Counted from the stretch's first letter, positions 48,981 through 59,357 are shown. The stretch: DNA of 64,000 nt from an uncultured Actinomycetes bacterium (GCA_963742735.1 CAVUMN010000003.1:416001-480000), one strand, 5' to 3'. The notes: generated by a model not told the origin, from the letters alone. A program made the numbers and translations.

Positions 48981-51074
48981 TCAAACCGGGCGAGGCGATG
49001 CCGCGGGGCGCAGCCGGCGGTCCCGGCGGAGGAGCTGGGCGTTGAACGCGACGATGACCGTGCTCGCGGACATCAGGAGGGCGCCGACGGCCGGGGCCAG
49101 CACGATGCCGAACGGCGCGAGCACTCCGGCCGCCAGCGGGATGGCCACCGCGTTGTAGCCGGCGCCCCACACCAGGTTCTGGACCATCTTGCGGTACGTC
49201 GCTCGCGACAGCTCCAGGACCCGAACGACGTCGCGCGGGTCGCTGCGGATCAGGATGACATCGGCGGTCTCGATCGCCACGTCCGTCCCCGCCCCGATCG
49301 CGATGCCCACGTCGGCCCCAGCCAGCGCCGGGGCGTCGTTCACCCCGTCGCCCACCATCGCCACCCGCCGGCCCTCGCTCTGGAGCTCCGCGATACGTGC
49401 CGCCTTCCGATCCGGAAGGACCTGCGCGAACACCTCGTCCAGATCGAGCTCGGCGCCCACCCACCGGGCGACGTCCTCGCCGTCTCCGGTGATCATCGCC
49501 ACCCGCACGCCCAGGTCCTTGAGCGCTCGGACCGCCTCGCCCGACTCCGGGCGGATCACGTCCGACACCGCGAACGCCGCCGTGACCTTTCCGTCCTCGA
49601 GGAGGTAGACGACGCTCTTTCCCTCCGACGACCACCGCGAGGCCGGCTCGCGAAGCTCGTCGGGGACCTCGGCCCCGAGCGACGTGAGGAGGCTCGGCCC
49701 CCCCACGTGGATCTCGCTCCCGCCGACGCGGGCGCGGACGCCCCTCCCGGCGATCGCCTCGAACGCCTCGGCCCGGGGGGCCTCGACGCGGCGCTCGGCG
49801 GCTCCTCGCAGGATGGCGCGCGCGAGCGCGTGTTCGGAGCTCGCCTCGGCCGCGGCGGCGACCGCCAGGGCCTCGTGCTCCTCGCGGCCCCCGGCGACGG
49901 CGAGTCCGACGAGCCCCATCTCGCCGAGGGTGAGCGTCCCCGTCTTGTCGAACACGACGGTGTCGATCGACCGGGCGGACTCCAGGGCCATCCGGTTCCG
50001 GACCAGGACGCCGCTGCGGGCGGCGAGGCCCGTGGAGATCGAGATGACCAGCGGCACGGCCAGGCCCAGGGCATGGGGGCAGGCGATGACCACGACGGTG
50101 ACCGCCCGCTCCACCACGAACGACACGGTCTCGGTTCCGAGCGCCAGCCACACGGCCAGCGTGATGAGCCCCGCGCCGATCGCGATGTACGCCAGCCACC
50201 CGGCGACGCGGTCGGCCAGGGCCTGCGCGGCGGACTTCGAGGACTGGGCCTCCTCGACCAGGCGCATGATCCCCGCGAGCGCGGTGGCCTCGCCCACGCG
50301 GGTCACGAGGACCCGCAGGGCGCCCTCCTCGTTCACGGTGCCCGCGACCACCTGGCCGCCGGGTCCCACCTTGACCGGCTTCGACTCTCCGGTGAGCATC
50401 GCCTGGTTGAGGTGCGACTCGCCCTCCACGACCTCGCCGTCGGCGGGGATCCGGGCGCCGGGCCGGATCAAGACCAGGTCGTCCTCGGCCAGCTCGGAGA
50501 CGGCCACGTGCTCCGTGCCGCCCTCCCCGATGCGCTCCGCGGTGTCGGGCAGGAGCTTCGCGAGCTCCTGGAGCGCGCTTGACGCGCGGGTGATCGCCCG
50601 CATCTCGATCCAGTGACCCAGCAGCATCACGTCGACCAGCGTGGCGAGCTCCCAGTAGAAGCCCTCGCCCTCCACCCAGAACGTCGTGGCGGTGCTGTAC
50701 GCCCACGCGGCCGTGATGCCCACCGCGACGAGCGTCATCATCCCGGGCTGCCGCGCCCGGATCTCGCCGGCCGCCGACCGGAGGAACACCGTTCCGCCGT
50801 AGACGAAGATCGCGGTGGCGATCGCGAACGGGGCCAGCTTGGGCGCCGGGAGGTCCGGCGGTTCCAGGCCGAGCCACTCCCACAGCATCCGGGCGTAGAG
50901 CAGGACGGGGACGGTCAGCGCGAGCGAGACCCAGAACCGGTTGCGAAACAGGTCGACGGAGTGTCCAGCGTGCCGGTCGTGGTCGCCGTGCCCGCCGTGG
51001 TCGGCGTGATCCGTGGCCCCGTGCCCGCCGTGGTCGGCGTGGTCCGGCTCGTGTCCGGGATGGCAGGGGGGCAT
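48981..51074 (-). CDS. copB: Heavy-metal P1B-type ATPase, CopB-like (P1B-3) copper exporter
   Basis: His-rich N-terminus, TGES, CPH, DKTGT, GDGVND, YN and MSAST. Confidence 0.92.
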   Translation of the reverse strand: MPPCHPGHEPDHADHGGHGATDHADHGGHGDHDRHAGHSVDLFRNRFWVSLALTVPVLLYARMLWEWLGLEPPDLPAPKLAPFAIATAIFVYGGTVFLRSAAGEIRARQPGMMTLVAVGITAAWAYSTATTFWVEGEGFYWELATLVDVMLLGHWIEMRAITRASSALQELAKLLPDTAERIGEGGTEHVAVSELAEDDLVLIRPGARIPADGEVVEGESHLNQAMLTGESKPVKVGPGGQVVAGTVNEEGALRVLVTRVGEATALAGIMRLVEEAQSSKSAAQALADRVAGWLAYIAIGAGLITLAVWLALGTETVSFVVERAVTVVVIACPHALGLAVPLVISISTGLAARSGVLVRNRMALESARSIDTVVFDKTGTLTLGEMGLVGLAVAGGREEHEALAVAAAAEASSEHALARAILRGAAERRVEAPRAEAFEAIAGRGVRARVGGSEIHVGGPSLLTSLGAEVPDELREPASRWSSEGKSVVYLLEDGKVTAAFAVSDVIRPESGEAVRALKDLGVRVAMITGDGEDVARWVGAELDLDEVFAQVLPDRKAARIAELQSEGRRVAMVGDGVNDAPALAGADVGIAIGAGTDVAIETADVILIRSDPRDVVRVLELSRATYRKMVQNLVWGAGYNAVAIPLAAGVLAPFGIVLAPAVGALLMSASTVIVAFNAQLLRRDRRLRPAASPRPV

Positions 51075-51084
51075 AGGACCGTCC

Positions 51085-51369
51085 TCAGGTCGCCCGCATG
51101 AAGCGGTCGACCGCCACCACGAGCTCCTCGACCTTGTCGTCCCCGCCCCCGTCGGCAAGCGACTCGCGGACGCAGTGGCGGATGTGGTCGTTCAGCAGCA
51201 GGAGCCCCACCCGCTCCAGGGCGTTGGTGACGGACGAGATCTGCCCCAGGACGTCCACGCAGTACCGGTCGTCCTCGACCATGTGCTGCAGCCCGCGGAC
51301 CTGTCCCTCGATCCGGCGGAGCCGGGTCAGGACGTCGCCCCGGCGGTCCGCGTATCCCGGCGCGTTCAT
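51085..51369 (-). CDS. csoR: CsoR/RcnR family copper-sensing repressor
   Basis: RLRRIEGQVRG...YCVD...HIRHC. Confidence 0.92.
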   Translation of the reverse strand: MNAPGYADRRGDVLTRLRRIEGQVRGLQHMVEDDRYCVDVLGQISSVTNALERVGLLLLNDHIRHCVRESLADGGGDDKVEELVVAVDRFMRAT

Positions 51370-51381
51370 GACGGGAAGCGT

Positions 51382-51398
51382 ATACCCCCCGGGGGTAT
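51382..51398. promoter_or_regulatory. CsoR operator overlapping the csoR-copB promoter
   Basis: ATACCCCC-C-GGGGGTAT inverted repeat abutting minus-strand -10 TACGCT. Confidence 0.85.
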
Positions 51399-51412
51399 CG
51401 CGCCAACCGTCC

Positions 51413-52147
51413 TCACTCGACGGTGAGCGCGAACCGGGGCACCGACTCCAGCGCCCCGAGCGGCCAGGTCGCTGCGCGGCGGCGCGCGTCCTCGACCTCC
51501 CGCAGCCGGACGACCCGGTAGCGGCGCCACCCCGCGCGCGCGGCCGCCTCAACCAGCGGCTCGACCGCGAGGCCCCCGGCCAGCGGCAGGCTGGCCCGCA
51601 GGTCCGGGGCGTACTCGTCGTGGTGGTCCTTGGGGACCCCTCGGGCCCGCCGGGCCGTCTCGATGGCCGTCCGGCGGAGCCGGTGCAGCCGGCCGCGCCC
51701 GCCCCAGAGGCCCTCGAACAGCACGGCGCGGGGGGCGATCCGCCGCCAGGCCTCCAGCGTCCCCACGGGGTCGGGGACGGTCCAGATCAGGTGCCGTTCC
51801 ATGACGGCGTCGAAGGGGCCTGCCGGAGGGTCGTCTGCCGGCCCGATCATCGCCTCGATCACCAGGTCGCGTTCCCGGGCCTTCGCCTCCAGGCGCGTCA
51901 GCATCCCGGGCGACAGGTCGAGGGCCGTCACTCGGTAGCCAAGCTCGGCGGCGAGCAGGGACATGGCGCCTGTCCCGGCCCCGACGTCCAGGAGCCGGGC
52001 CGGGGGAGGGGGAAGGAGCTCGAGCATCGCCGCCCCCCAGGCCGCGGCTTCGGCCGGATCGGCGACCGCGTGGCCGGGAGAGTGGTCGTAGGTCTCCGCG
52101 TCCGCGTCCCAGAACGCTCGCAGGCGGTCGTGCACGTCCTCGGTCAT
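51413..52147 (-). CDS. Class I SAM-dependent methyltransferase
   Basis: LDVGAGTG, LDLSPGML, FDAV. Confidence 0.88.
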   Translation of the reverse strand: MTEDVHDRLRAFWDADAETYDHSPGHAVADPAEAAAWGAAMLELLPPPPARLLDVGAGTGAMSLLAAELGYRVTALDLSPGMLTRLEAKARERDLVIEAMIGPADDPPAGPFDAVMERHLIWTVPDPVGTLEAWRRIAPRAVLFEGLWGGRGRLHRLRRTAIETARRARGVPKDHHDEYAPDLRASLPLAGGLAVEPLVEAAARAGWRRYRVVRLREVEDARRRAATWPLGALESVPRFALTVE

Positions 52148-52998
52148 CCGCCGAAGAACGCCGGCAGCACGTCCGCGCGGTTGAACAGGAACAGGATGCC
52201 GAGCACCAGACTGAACACGCCCGTGACGACCGCCACCGTCGCGTAGATCGGCCAGTTCTTCGAAGCGTGCAGGAATCCCATCGCCGATCCAAAGGTGATC
52301 ACCGAGTTCGCCACGACCAGTCCCACGATGAACGCCACCAGCACCCAGAGCCCGACCCCCGGGCCGCCCGCCCCGGCGGCGGCCAGGAAGATCAGGACCT
52401 GGGTGGGGGTCTCGGCGCCGACACCGTGGAGCATGCCGACCCCGAACGCCGTGCCCTTCCCGTAGTTCCCGACGTCGTCGTGACCCTCCTTCGGCGCGTG
52501 GTGATGGTGGCCCGGCTGGCCGTGGTGCCCGTGGTGCAGCGCCGAAGGGTCGCCGTCCTCACCGTCCGTGGCGGGCTGGCGACCGCCGCCGACGGCCACC
52601 TTGCTCCGCGTCCACCTGGCCGCGCGACGGACGCCGGCGAACAGCAGCATCCACCGGCTCTTCAGGCGGAAGTCGCGACCGTGCCGGGCAAGGGAGACGA
52701 ACACGTACACGCCCAGGAGGATCAGCGTCACCCCGACGACCCGGCCCATGGCCTCGTCGATGCTTGCCGGCAGGCGGTCGCCGGCGATGATCGCGATCAC
52801 GCCCAGTGCCAGGACGACCAGCGCGTGCCCGAGCACGTACAGGGTCCCGTAGAGCATCGACTCGCGCCGGGTCTCCTGCGAGCTGGTGATGTCCATGATC
52901 GCCGCGAGGTGGTCCCAGTCGATCCCGTGGCGAAACCCAAACAGGAACGCGGAAACGAGCAGCCCGAAGCTGAAGCCTCCGTCCACCATCACGCTCAT
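52144..52998 (-). CDS. NiCoT (HoxN/NixA-like) nickel/cobalt permease
   Basis: GFRHGIDWDHLAAI signature, GHA, His-rich loop, GMLHG. Confidence 0.85.
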   Translation of the reverse strand: MSVMVDGGFSFGLLVSAFLFGFRHGIDWDHLAAIMDITSSQETRRESMLYGTLYVLGHALVVLALGVIAIIAGDRLPASIDEAMGRVVGVTLILLGVYVFVSLARHGRDFRLKSRWMLLFAGVRRAARWTRSKVAVGGGRQPATDGEDGDPSALHHGHHGQPGHHHHAPKEGHDDVGNYGKGTAFGVGMLHGVGAETPTQVLIFLAAAGAGGPGVGLWVLVAFIVGLVVANSVITFGSAMGFLHASKNWPIYATVAVVTGVFSLVLGILFLFNRADVLPAFFGG

Positions 52999-53021
52999 TG
53001 AACGACACCGGTCGGGAGCGG

Positions 53022-53041
53022 TGCAACCCGTTGCATCTGCA
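53022..53041. promoter_or_regulatory. Candidate Nur/Fur operator upstream of NiCoT
   Basis: TGCAAC-CC-GTTGCA palindrome; CCGTTGCATCTGCA shares 13/14 nt with 54024-54037 upstream of the Fur-family gene. Confidence 0.45.
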
Positions 53042-53112
53042 TCTCCTGGCGCGGGGTTGTGCCGGAGCCCGCCGGCGGGGAGACTGCCCGCACCCGGGCT
53101 GGAGGGAGAGCG

Positions 53113-53559
53113 ATGACGAAGGACGAGATGATCGCGGTGTTCGACCGGCACGAGGCCGCCGAGAACGCGCGCGACGCCGAGGCCGCCGCCGCCACCTTCG
53201 TGGAGGACGGGTACCTGGTGATGATCCCGCTGAACGCGCGCTTCGAGGGCCGACAGGGGATCCTGCTCAACTATCTCGGGGTCTTCGGGGCCTTCTCCGA
53301 CTTCGCGTCGGAGCGAACGCTGCTGGTCGCCGGCGAGGACTTCCTCTACGAGGAGGGCCGGATCACGGGGACGTTCGACGGTCCGTTCCTGCACGTGGAG
53401 CCCACCGGCAAGGCGGCGGACTTCCCATTCACGTCCTACATCCCGTTTCGAGACGGGCTGATGCTCGCGGAGCATGTGCTGTTCGACTCGGCGCTGCTCG
53501 CGGAGCAGCTCGGGCTCACGCTGGAGGACGTCGCCTCGCTCCGGGCGGCGCTCGGCTAG
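53113..53559 (+). CDS. SnoaL/ester-cyclase (NTF2-like) protein
   Basis: EPTGK motif; HEAAEN; GGAG SD. Confidence 0.8.
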   Translation: MTKDEMIAVFDRHEAAENARDAEAAAATFVEDGYLVMIPLNARFEGRQGILLNYLGVFGAFSDFASERTLLVAGEDFLYEEGRITGTFDGPFLHVEPTGKAADFPFTSYIPFRDGLMLAEHVLFDSALLAEQLGLTLEDVASLRAALG

Positions 53560-54002
53560 CCGCTTCGGGCGCCGTTCCCGGCGGCGCGGCAGTCCGCGCA
53601 CAGGCCGGAGATGGCGAAGTGCGTCAGGTCCGGGTCGAACCCGTTGTGGCGCTGGATGAGGCGCTTGAACCGGCCGGCTTCCGCCACGGAGAGCTCGTCA
53701 TCGGCGCCGCAGCTCGAGCACATCAGGTGGATGTGCTGCGCCTCGCCGGCACGGTGGTACTCGGCGCCGGTCTCCAGGTGGGCGTGGGAGACCATGCCCA
53801 GCTCCTCGAGCAGGTCGAGGGTCCGGTAGACCGTGGACGCGTTCACGCCGGGCATCCGTTGCTTGACCCGGCGGGCGATCGACTGCGGAGAGATGTGGCC
53901 CTCGGCTCGCATGATCTCGCCGACGATGGCCTGTCGCTGTGGCGTCATGCGCAGCCCGCGGGTTCGGAGCGCGTCGAGGGCCTGCTCGGCGGTGAGGGCC
54001 AC
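53556..54002 (-). CDS. nur: Fur-family regulator, Nur-like
   Basis: LRMTPQR, STVYRTL, VSHAHL, HIHLMC..C, HFAI..LC..C - the His pattern of Streptomyces Nur. Confidence 0.78.
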   Translation of the reverse strand: MALTAEQALDALRTRGLRMTPQRQAIVGEIMRAEGHISPQSIARRVKQRMPGVNASTVYRTLDLLEELGMVSHAHLETGAEYHRAGEAQHIHLMCSSCGADDELSVAEAGRFKRLIQRHNGFDPDLTHFAISGLCADCRAAGNGARSG

Positions 54003-54088
54003 GGCCGGCAGTCTACCGGGCGGCCGTTGCACCTGCAAAAGGCTGCGACAGCGTCGAGGGCGTGCTCGGTGCGAGAATCCGCGCCGTC

Positions 54089-55231
54089 GTGCAGGTGTTC
54101 TCGTTCCATCTGATGCCCTACCCGGGTCTTCCCGAGCGGGTCGACACGCGCCGCGACTCGGCCTGGATCTGGCTCTCGAACAAGCACTACGACCCGGAGC
54201 TCGGCCACGAGCTGTACAACCGCTATCTGGACGAGCTCGAGCTCGCCGAGCCCCTGGGCTTCGACGGCGTCTGCGTGAACGAGCACCACCAGAACGCGTA
54301 CGGCTTGATGCCCTCGCCGAACCTGTTCGCCGCCGCGCTGGCGAGGCGGACCGAGCGGATCAAGATCGCGGTGATCGGCAACGCCCTCCCGCTGTACGAC
54401 CCCCCGACTCGCGTGGCGGAGGAGATGGCGATGCTCGACGTCCTCTCCGGCGGCCGGTTGATCTCCGGGATGGTGGTGGGCGGCGGGCCGGAGTACTACT
54501 CGTTCTCGATCAACCCCACCGAGGCGCGTGGCCGGTTCCGCGAGGCACTCGACCTGATCATCCGGGCGTGGACCGAGGACGGCCCGTTCGAACACGTCGG
54601 GGAGCACTTCCGGCTGCGGTACGTGAACCCGTGGCCGAAGCCCATCCAGAAGCCGCACCCGCCGATCTGGATCCCGGGGATCGGCTCGATCGAGACGATC
54701 GAGCTCGTCGCCGAACGCCGCTACGCGTACATGGGGATCCCGTACTTCCACATCTCCGCCTTCGAGCGGAACTTCGAGCTGTTCCGGCGCACGGCCGAGG
54801 AGCGGTTCGGGTACACGCCCGAGCCCGCGCAGACCGGCTGGCTGGTGCCGGTCTACGTCGGGGAGACCGACGCGAAGGCCCGGGCGGAGTACGAGGAGCA
54901 CCTGTGGTACTTCGCCCGGCGCCTGCTCAAGGGCATCACGATCGTGCCTCCCGGCTACACCAGCGCCAAGTCGTTCTCCAGGATCCTCCAGGCCCGCCGG
55001 AGCTTCCTGACGGAGGTCCCCGACTGGGAGGGGGTCGAGGAGGGCGCGTACGCGATCGTCGGCAGCGCGCAGACGGTCCGGGAGCGCCTGGCCGAGCACA
55101 TCGAGCGGCTGGGGGTGGGCAACCTCCTGGCCCTGCTTCAGCTCGGGTCGCTCCCGGCCGACCTCACCCGCGCGAACATGGAGCGCTTCGCCGCCGACGT
55201 CATGCCCTACCTGCGCAAGGAATTCGCGTGA
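54089..55231 (+). CDS. LLM-class (luciferase-like) flavin-dependent oxidoreductase
   Basis: GFDG...NEHH, MPSPN, AMLDVLSGGRL, P.PIQKPHPPIW. Confidence 0.92.
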   Translation: MQVFSFHLMPYPGLPERVDTRRDSAWIWLSNKHYDPELGHELYNRYLDELELAEPLGFDGVCVNEHHQNAYGLMPSPNLFAAALARRTERIKIAVIGNALPLYDPPTRVAEEMAMLDVLSGGRLISGMVVGGGPEYYSFSINPTEARGRFREALDLIIRAWTEDGPFEHVGEHFRLRYVNPWPKPIQKPHPPIWIPGIGSIETIELVAERRYAYMGIPYFHISAFERNFELFRRTAEERFGYTPEPAQTGWLVPVYVGETDAKARAEYEEHLWYFARRLLKGITIVPPGYTSAKSFSRILQARRSFLTEVPDWEGVEEGAYAIVGSAQTVRERLAEHIERLGVGNLLALLQLGSLPADLTRANMERFAADVMPYLRKEFA

Positions 55232-56037
55232 GCGGGGTCCGAACGATGCTGGAGCTCGCCGACCGCGTGGTCCAGATCGAGCGCGGGGGCGACGGCCCGC
55301 CGGTCGTGTACCTCCACGGCGCACTGGGCGAGGGGTACTGGCTGGAGTTCCATGAGCGGCTGGCGGACGCGGGGTTCGACGTGATCGTCCCCGCGTTCCC
55401 CGGCTACTGGGACTCGAGCCGTCCCGACTGGATCCAGACGGCCGACGACCTGGCGCTGCACACGCTGGACGTCCTGGACGCGCTGGGGCTGGAGCGGGCC
55501 GCCTTGGTCGGGTCGTCGCTCGGCGGCTGGGTGGCCGCCGCGCTGGCCGTCATGCGTCCCGAACGGGTGGCCGGCCTGGTGCTGGTCGGGCCGCTGGGCC
55601 TTCGCCCGGAGGGCCCCGAGTCGCCCGACCTGTTCGCCCTCCAGCCGTTCGAATCGGTCGAGGCCCTGTTCGCGGACCCGGACACCGACTTCGCCCGGCT
55701 GATGGCGTCGATCGACCTGGACGACCCGCCGGACGAGGAGATCGTCCTCCCGTTGCTCCAGACGTTCGAGGCGACCGCCAGGTACGCCTGGCGCCCGTAC
55801 GACCCGAGGCTGGGCGAGCGCCTTCGATTCGCTCGGGTTCCCGCGCTGGTCCTGGCGGGCGCGGAGGACCGGTTCCTCGAGGCGGGCACCCCCGAGCGAT
55901 GGGCGGCCATGCTTCCCGACGCACGGACCGGCCGCGTCGCCGGCGCCGGGCACCTGCCCGTGCTCGAGCGGCCGGAGGCGACGGCGGCCGAGGTGGCCGG
56001 GTTCCTCTCCGGAGGCCATTCCGGGCCGCTGGCCTAA
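55228..56037 (+). CDS. Alpha/beta hydrolase
   Basis: YLHG, PGY, GSSLGG nucleophile elbow, AGH. Confidence 0.9.
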   Translation: MSGVRTMLELADRVVQIERGGDGPPVVYLHGALGEGYWLEFHERLADAGFDVIVPAFPGYWDSSRPDWIQTADDLALHTLDVLDALGLERAALVGSSLGGWVAAALAVMRPERVAGLVLVGPLGLRPEGPESPDLFALQPFESVEALFADPDTDFARLMASIDLDDPPDEEIVLPLLQTFEATARYAWRPYDPRLGERLRFARVPALVLAGAEDRFLEAGTPERWAAMLPDARTGRVAGAGHLPVLERPEATAAEVAGFLSGGHSGPLA

Positions 56038-56049
56038 GATTCCGGCGCC

Positions 56050-58590
56050 ATGTCACAGAGCAACCTGACGCGCGACGAGGCCCGCGGGCGGGCCGGCCTG
56101 TTCTCCGACCTGGCCTACGAGGTCTCGGTCGACCTGGCCGAGGCCGACGAGGAGACCTTCCGTTCGGACACGCGCCTCCAGTTCCGCTGCGCGCAGCCCG
56201 GGGCGTCCTCGTTCGTCGACCTCACGGCTCGTTCGATCGAGTCGGTCCAGCTGAACGGCCGCACGCTCGAGCCCTCGGTGCACGACGGATCCCGGCTGCA
56301 TATCGAGAACCTCGCCACCCAGAACGAGCTGCGGGTGGTCGCCCGCTGCGAGTACCGGCACGACGGCACCGGGATGACCCGGTTCGTCGACCCGGTCGAC
56401 GACGCCGTCTACGTCTACTCCGACCTGGAGCCGATGGACGCCCACAAGGCGTTCGCCTGCTTCGACCAGCCCGACCTCAAGGGAACGTTCGCCTTCACGG
56501 TCCGGGCCCCGGAGGGGTGGACCGTCCTGTCCAACATGTCTCCCGAGGGCGAGCCGGAGGCCACGGACGGCGCGCGCGTGTGGCGGTTCGGGACCACGCC
56601 CGTGATCCCGACCTACATCACCGCGGTCGTCGCCGGACCGATGTTCGCCGCGAAGGGCCGGGCCGGCGACATCGAGCTCGGGGTGTACTGCCGGGCCTCG
56701 CTCGGCCAGCACCTCGACACGGACGAGATTCTGGAGATCACGCGGCAGGGCTTCGAGTTCTTCGAGCGGGCGTTCGACTATCCGTACCCGTTCCAGAAGT
56801 ACGACCAGGTCTTCGTGCCCAACTACATGGCGGGGGCGATGGAGAACGCCGGGTGCGTGACCTTCAACGAGCACTACGTGTTCCGTTCCCGCGAGACCGA
56901 GGTCGTGCACGAGCGCCGAGCCGAGACGATCCTGCACGAGATGGCCCACATGTGGTTCGGGGATCTGGTGACCATGCGGTGGTGGAACGACCTGTGGCTG
57001 AACGAGAGCTTCGCGTCGTACGCCTCGGTCCTGGCGGTCGTCGCCGGGACCCGGTTCCGTGAGGGATGGACGACGTTCGCCGAGACCGAGAAGCACTGGG
57101 CCTACCGCCAGGACCAGCTCCCGACCACCCACCCGATCGTGGCGGAGATCCCCGACGTGGAGTCGGTGCATCTGAACTTCGACGGCATCACGTACGCGAA
57201 GGGTGCCTCGGTCCTCAAGCAGCTGGTCGCCTGGGTGGGGGAGGAGCGGTTCCTGGAGGGAACCCGCGCCTACTTCCGCAAGCACGAGTTCGGCAACGCC
57301 GAGCTCGACGACTTCCTCGGCGCGTTGGAGGAGGCCTCAGGACGGGACCTGCATGCCTGGTCGAAGGAGTGGCTGGAGGCGGCCGGCGTGAACACCCTGC
57401 ACCCGGAGCTCCAGGAGCGCGACGGGCGCCTCGAGTCGGTTCGGATCGTCCAGACGGCACCGGAGGCGTGGCCGACGCTGCGGTCGCACCGGCTGGCGGT
57501 CGGGCTGTACGACCGGCGGAGCGAGGGGCTGGTCCTGCGGCGGCGTGTCGAGCTCGACGTCGTCGGAGGCGAGACCGACATCCCCGAGCTGGCCGGGGAG
57601 GCCGTGCCGGACCTCCTGCTGCTCAACGACGAGGACATGACCTTCGCGAAGGTCCGGCTGGACGAGCGGTCACTGGCCACCCTGGGTGAGGACCTCTCCC
57701 AGCTGCCGGACTCGCTGGCGCGGGCGGTGTGCTGGACCGCGGCCTGGGACATGACCCGCGACGGCGAGCTCCCCGCCCGCGAGTATCTCCGGCTCGTCAT
57801 CCTGCACGCCGAGCGGGAGCCGAAGGTCGGCCTGGTCCAGACCCTGCTCGGCCAGGCCCTGTCCGCGATCCACGCCTACGGCGATCCCGCGAACGCGCCG
57901 GGGGCCCTCCAGGCGCTCGCCGAGGCCGCGCGCGGGGCCCTCGACCGGGCCGAGGCGGGGAGCGACCACCAACTCACCTGGGCGAGGGCGTTCGCGGACG
58001 CGGCTGGGTCGGACGAGCACCTCGCCCTGCTCCAGGCAATCCTCGACGGCTCCTCGTCCTACGACGGCCTCGAGGTCGACACGGAGTTCCGCTGGTACCT
58101 GGTCCGCGCGCTCGCCGGAAAGGGCCGGCTGGACCAGGCCGGCATCGAGGCGGAGCTCGAGCGCGATCCGACCGACGCCGGGCGGCGCCGGGCCGGGGCC
58201 GCGATGGCCGCACGGCCGACCGAGGCGGCCAAGGCCGAGGCGTGGCGGAGCATCCTGGAGGACACCTCGCGTCCGCTCGCCCACCTGGGCGACGTGATGG
58301 CCGGGTTCCAGCAGCTCGGGCAGCTCGACCTGCTCGAGCCCTACGTGGCCCCCTTCTTCGACGCACTGCCGGGCGTCTGGGAGAACCGGGAGCTGCGGTT
58401 CATGCTCGGGTTCGGCCGGTCCATGTATCCGCATCAGGTGGTGTCGGAGGACACGGTGTGGGCCACGGACGCGTACCTGGAGCGCCCCGATGTGCCCGGC
58501 CCGGTACGCAGGATGCTCCTGGAGGGGCGCGACGGGGTCGTTCGCGCGATCCGAGCGCGGGCGGTCGACGCCGCCGCCGGCTCGGGCTAG
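56050..58590 (+). CDS. pepN: Aminopeptidase N (M1)
   Basis: GAMEN, HEMAH.WFG...WLNE, ITYAKG. Confidence 0.96.
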   Translation: MSQSNLTRDEARGRAGLFSDLAYEVSVDLAEADEETFRSDTRLQFRCAQPGASSFVDLTARSIESVQLNGRTLEPSVHDGSRLHIENLATQNELRVVARCEYRHDGTGMTRFVDPVDDAVYVYSDLEPMDAHKAFACFDQPDLKGTFAFTVRAPEGWTVLSNMSPEGEPEATDGARVWRFGTTPVIPTYITAVVAGPMFAAKGRAGDIELGVYCRASLGQHLDTDEILEITRQGFEFFERAFDYPYPFQKYDQVFVPNYMAGAMENAGCVTFNEHYVFRSRETEVVHERRAETILHEMAHMWFGDLVTMRWWNDLWLNESFASYASVLAVVAGTRFREGWTTFAETEKHWAYRQDQLPTTHPIVAEIPDVESVHLNFDGITYAKGASVLKQLVAWVGEERFLEGTRAYFRKHEFGNAELDDFLGALEEASGRDLHAWSKEWLEAAGVNTLHPELQERDGRLESVRIVQTAPEAWPTLRSHRLAVGLYDRRSEGLVLRRRVELDVVGGETDIPELAGEAVPDLLLLNDEDMTFAKVRLDERSLATLGEDLSQLPDSLARAVCWTAAWDMTRDGELPAREYLRLVILHAEREPKVGLVQTLLGQALSAIHAYGDPANAPGALQALAEAARGALDRAEAGSDHQLTWARAFADAAGSDEHLALLQAILDGSSSYDGLEVDTEFRWYLVRALAGKGRLDQAGIEAELERDPTDAGRRRAGAAMAARPTEAAKAEAWRSILEDTSRPLAHLGDVMAGFQQLGQLDLLEPYVAPFFDALPGVWENRELRFMLGFGRSMYPHQVVSEDTVWATDAYLERPDVPGPVRRMLLEGRDGVVRAIRARAVDAAAGSG

Positions 58591-59294
58591 AGGCCGGCCA
58601 GGCGCCGGAGCGCCTCGACCTTCATCAGCACGTACCGCCGGCCCTCGCGGCGGACGATCCGGCGCCGGGCGAGATCCGACAGGATGCGGGTCACGTTCTC
58701 GCGGCTGCCCCCCGACAGGCTTGCCAGGTCGGCGTGGGTGACCTCGGACGGAACCATCGCGCCGTCCTCCGGGAGCTCGTCGAAGCTCGGGCTCACCAGG
58801 CCGAGAAGGCGTTTCGCGACCCGGCCTTTGAGGTCGAGGAACAGCAGGTCTTCGACGAGGGCGTCGTGGGCCTGCACCTGGCGGCTCAGCGCACGGAGCA
58901 GCGCCCGCGACGCCGACGGGTTCGACTCGAGGAAGGCGATGAACACCTCGGGCTCGACGGACCACGTGCGGCTGTCGTCGACGGCGAGCGCCGTGGCCGT
59001 TCGGGGCTGCTCTCCGAGTGACGAGAGCTCCCCGAAGAACTGCGGCTGGTCGATGGTCGTGTGGAGCTGGCGATGCCCGCTCGCGGACAGCGAGGAGATC
59101 TCGATCCGACCCTCGTCGAGGAAGAACACGGGGCCGGGAGGGTCGCCCTGGTGAAACAGATACGTCCCGCGCCGGTACTGGTGGACCACCCCGGCCGCGG
59201 CTAGGTCTGCCGCCGCGGCCTGGGGGAGACCGGCAAGGAGCGGCTGCTCGGACATGCGCCGTCCCAGCTGGCGCGCGGAGGTCGGTGGAGCCAT
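58587..59294 (-). CDS. Crp/Fnr-family regulator with intact cNMP pocket and CRP-type recognition helix
   Basis: LFHQGD, FFGELS...PRTAT, HTH SRENVTR; TAGGCT -10 7 nt before ATG 59294. Confidence 0.92.
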   Translation of the reverse strand: MAPPTSARQLGRRMSEQPLLAGLPQAAAADLAAAGVVHQYRRGTYLFHQGDPPGPVFFLDEGRIEISSLSASGHRQLHTTIDQPQFFGELSSLGEQPRTATALAVDDSRTWSVEPEVFIAFLESNPSASRALLRALSRQVQAHDALVEDLLFLDLKGRVAKRLLGLVSPSFDELPEDGAMVPSEVTHADLASLSGGSRENVTRILSDLARRRIVRREGRRYVLMKVEALRRLAGL

Positions 59295-59329
59295 GCGCGC
59301 GAGCCTAGCGAAGGAGAAGCCGAGACGCG

Positions 59330-59357
59330 AAGGAGCCCGGCTCGCGCCGGGCTCCTT
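59330..59357 (-). terminator. GC-rich hairpin after the repeat-peptide gene
   Basis: AAGGAGCCCGGC-TCGC-GCCGGGCTCCTT, perfect 12-bp stem 24 nt past the stop; weak U-tract. Confidence 0.75.

Noticed and set aside
50988-51041. Short direct repeat at the copB 5' end
   Set aside because: Encodes the duplicated DHADHGGHG His-rich metal-binding stretch
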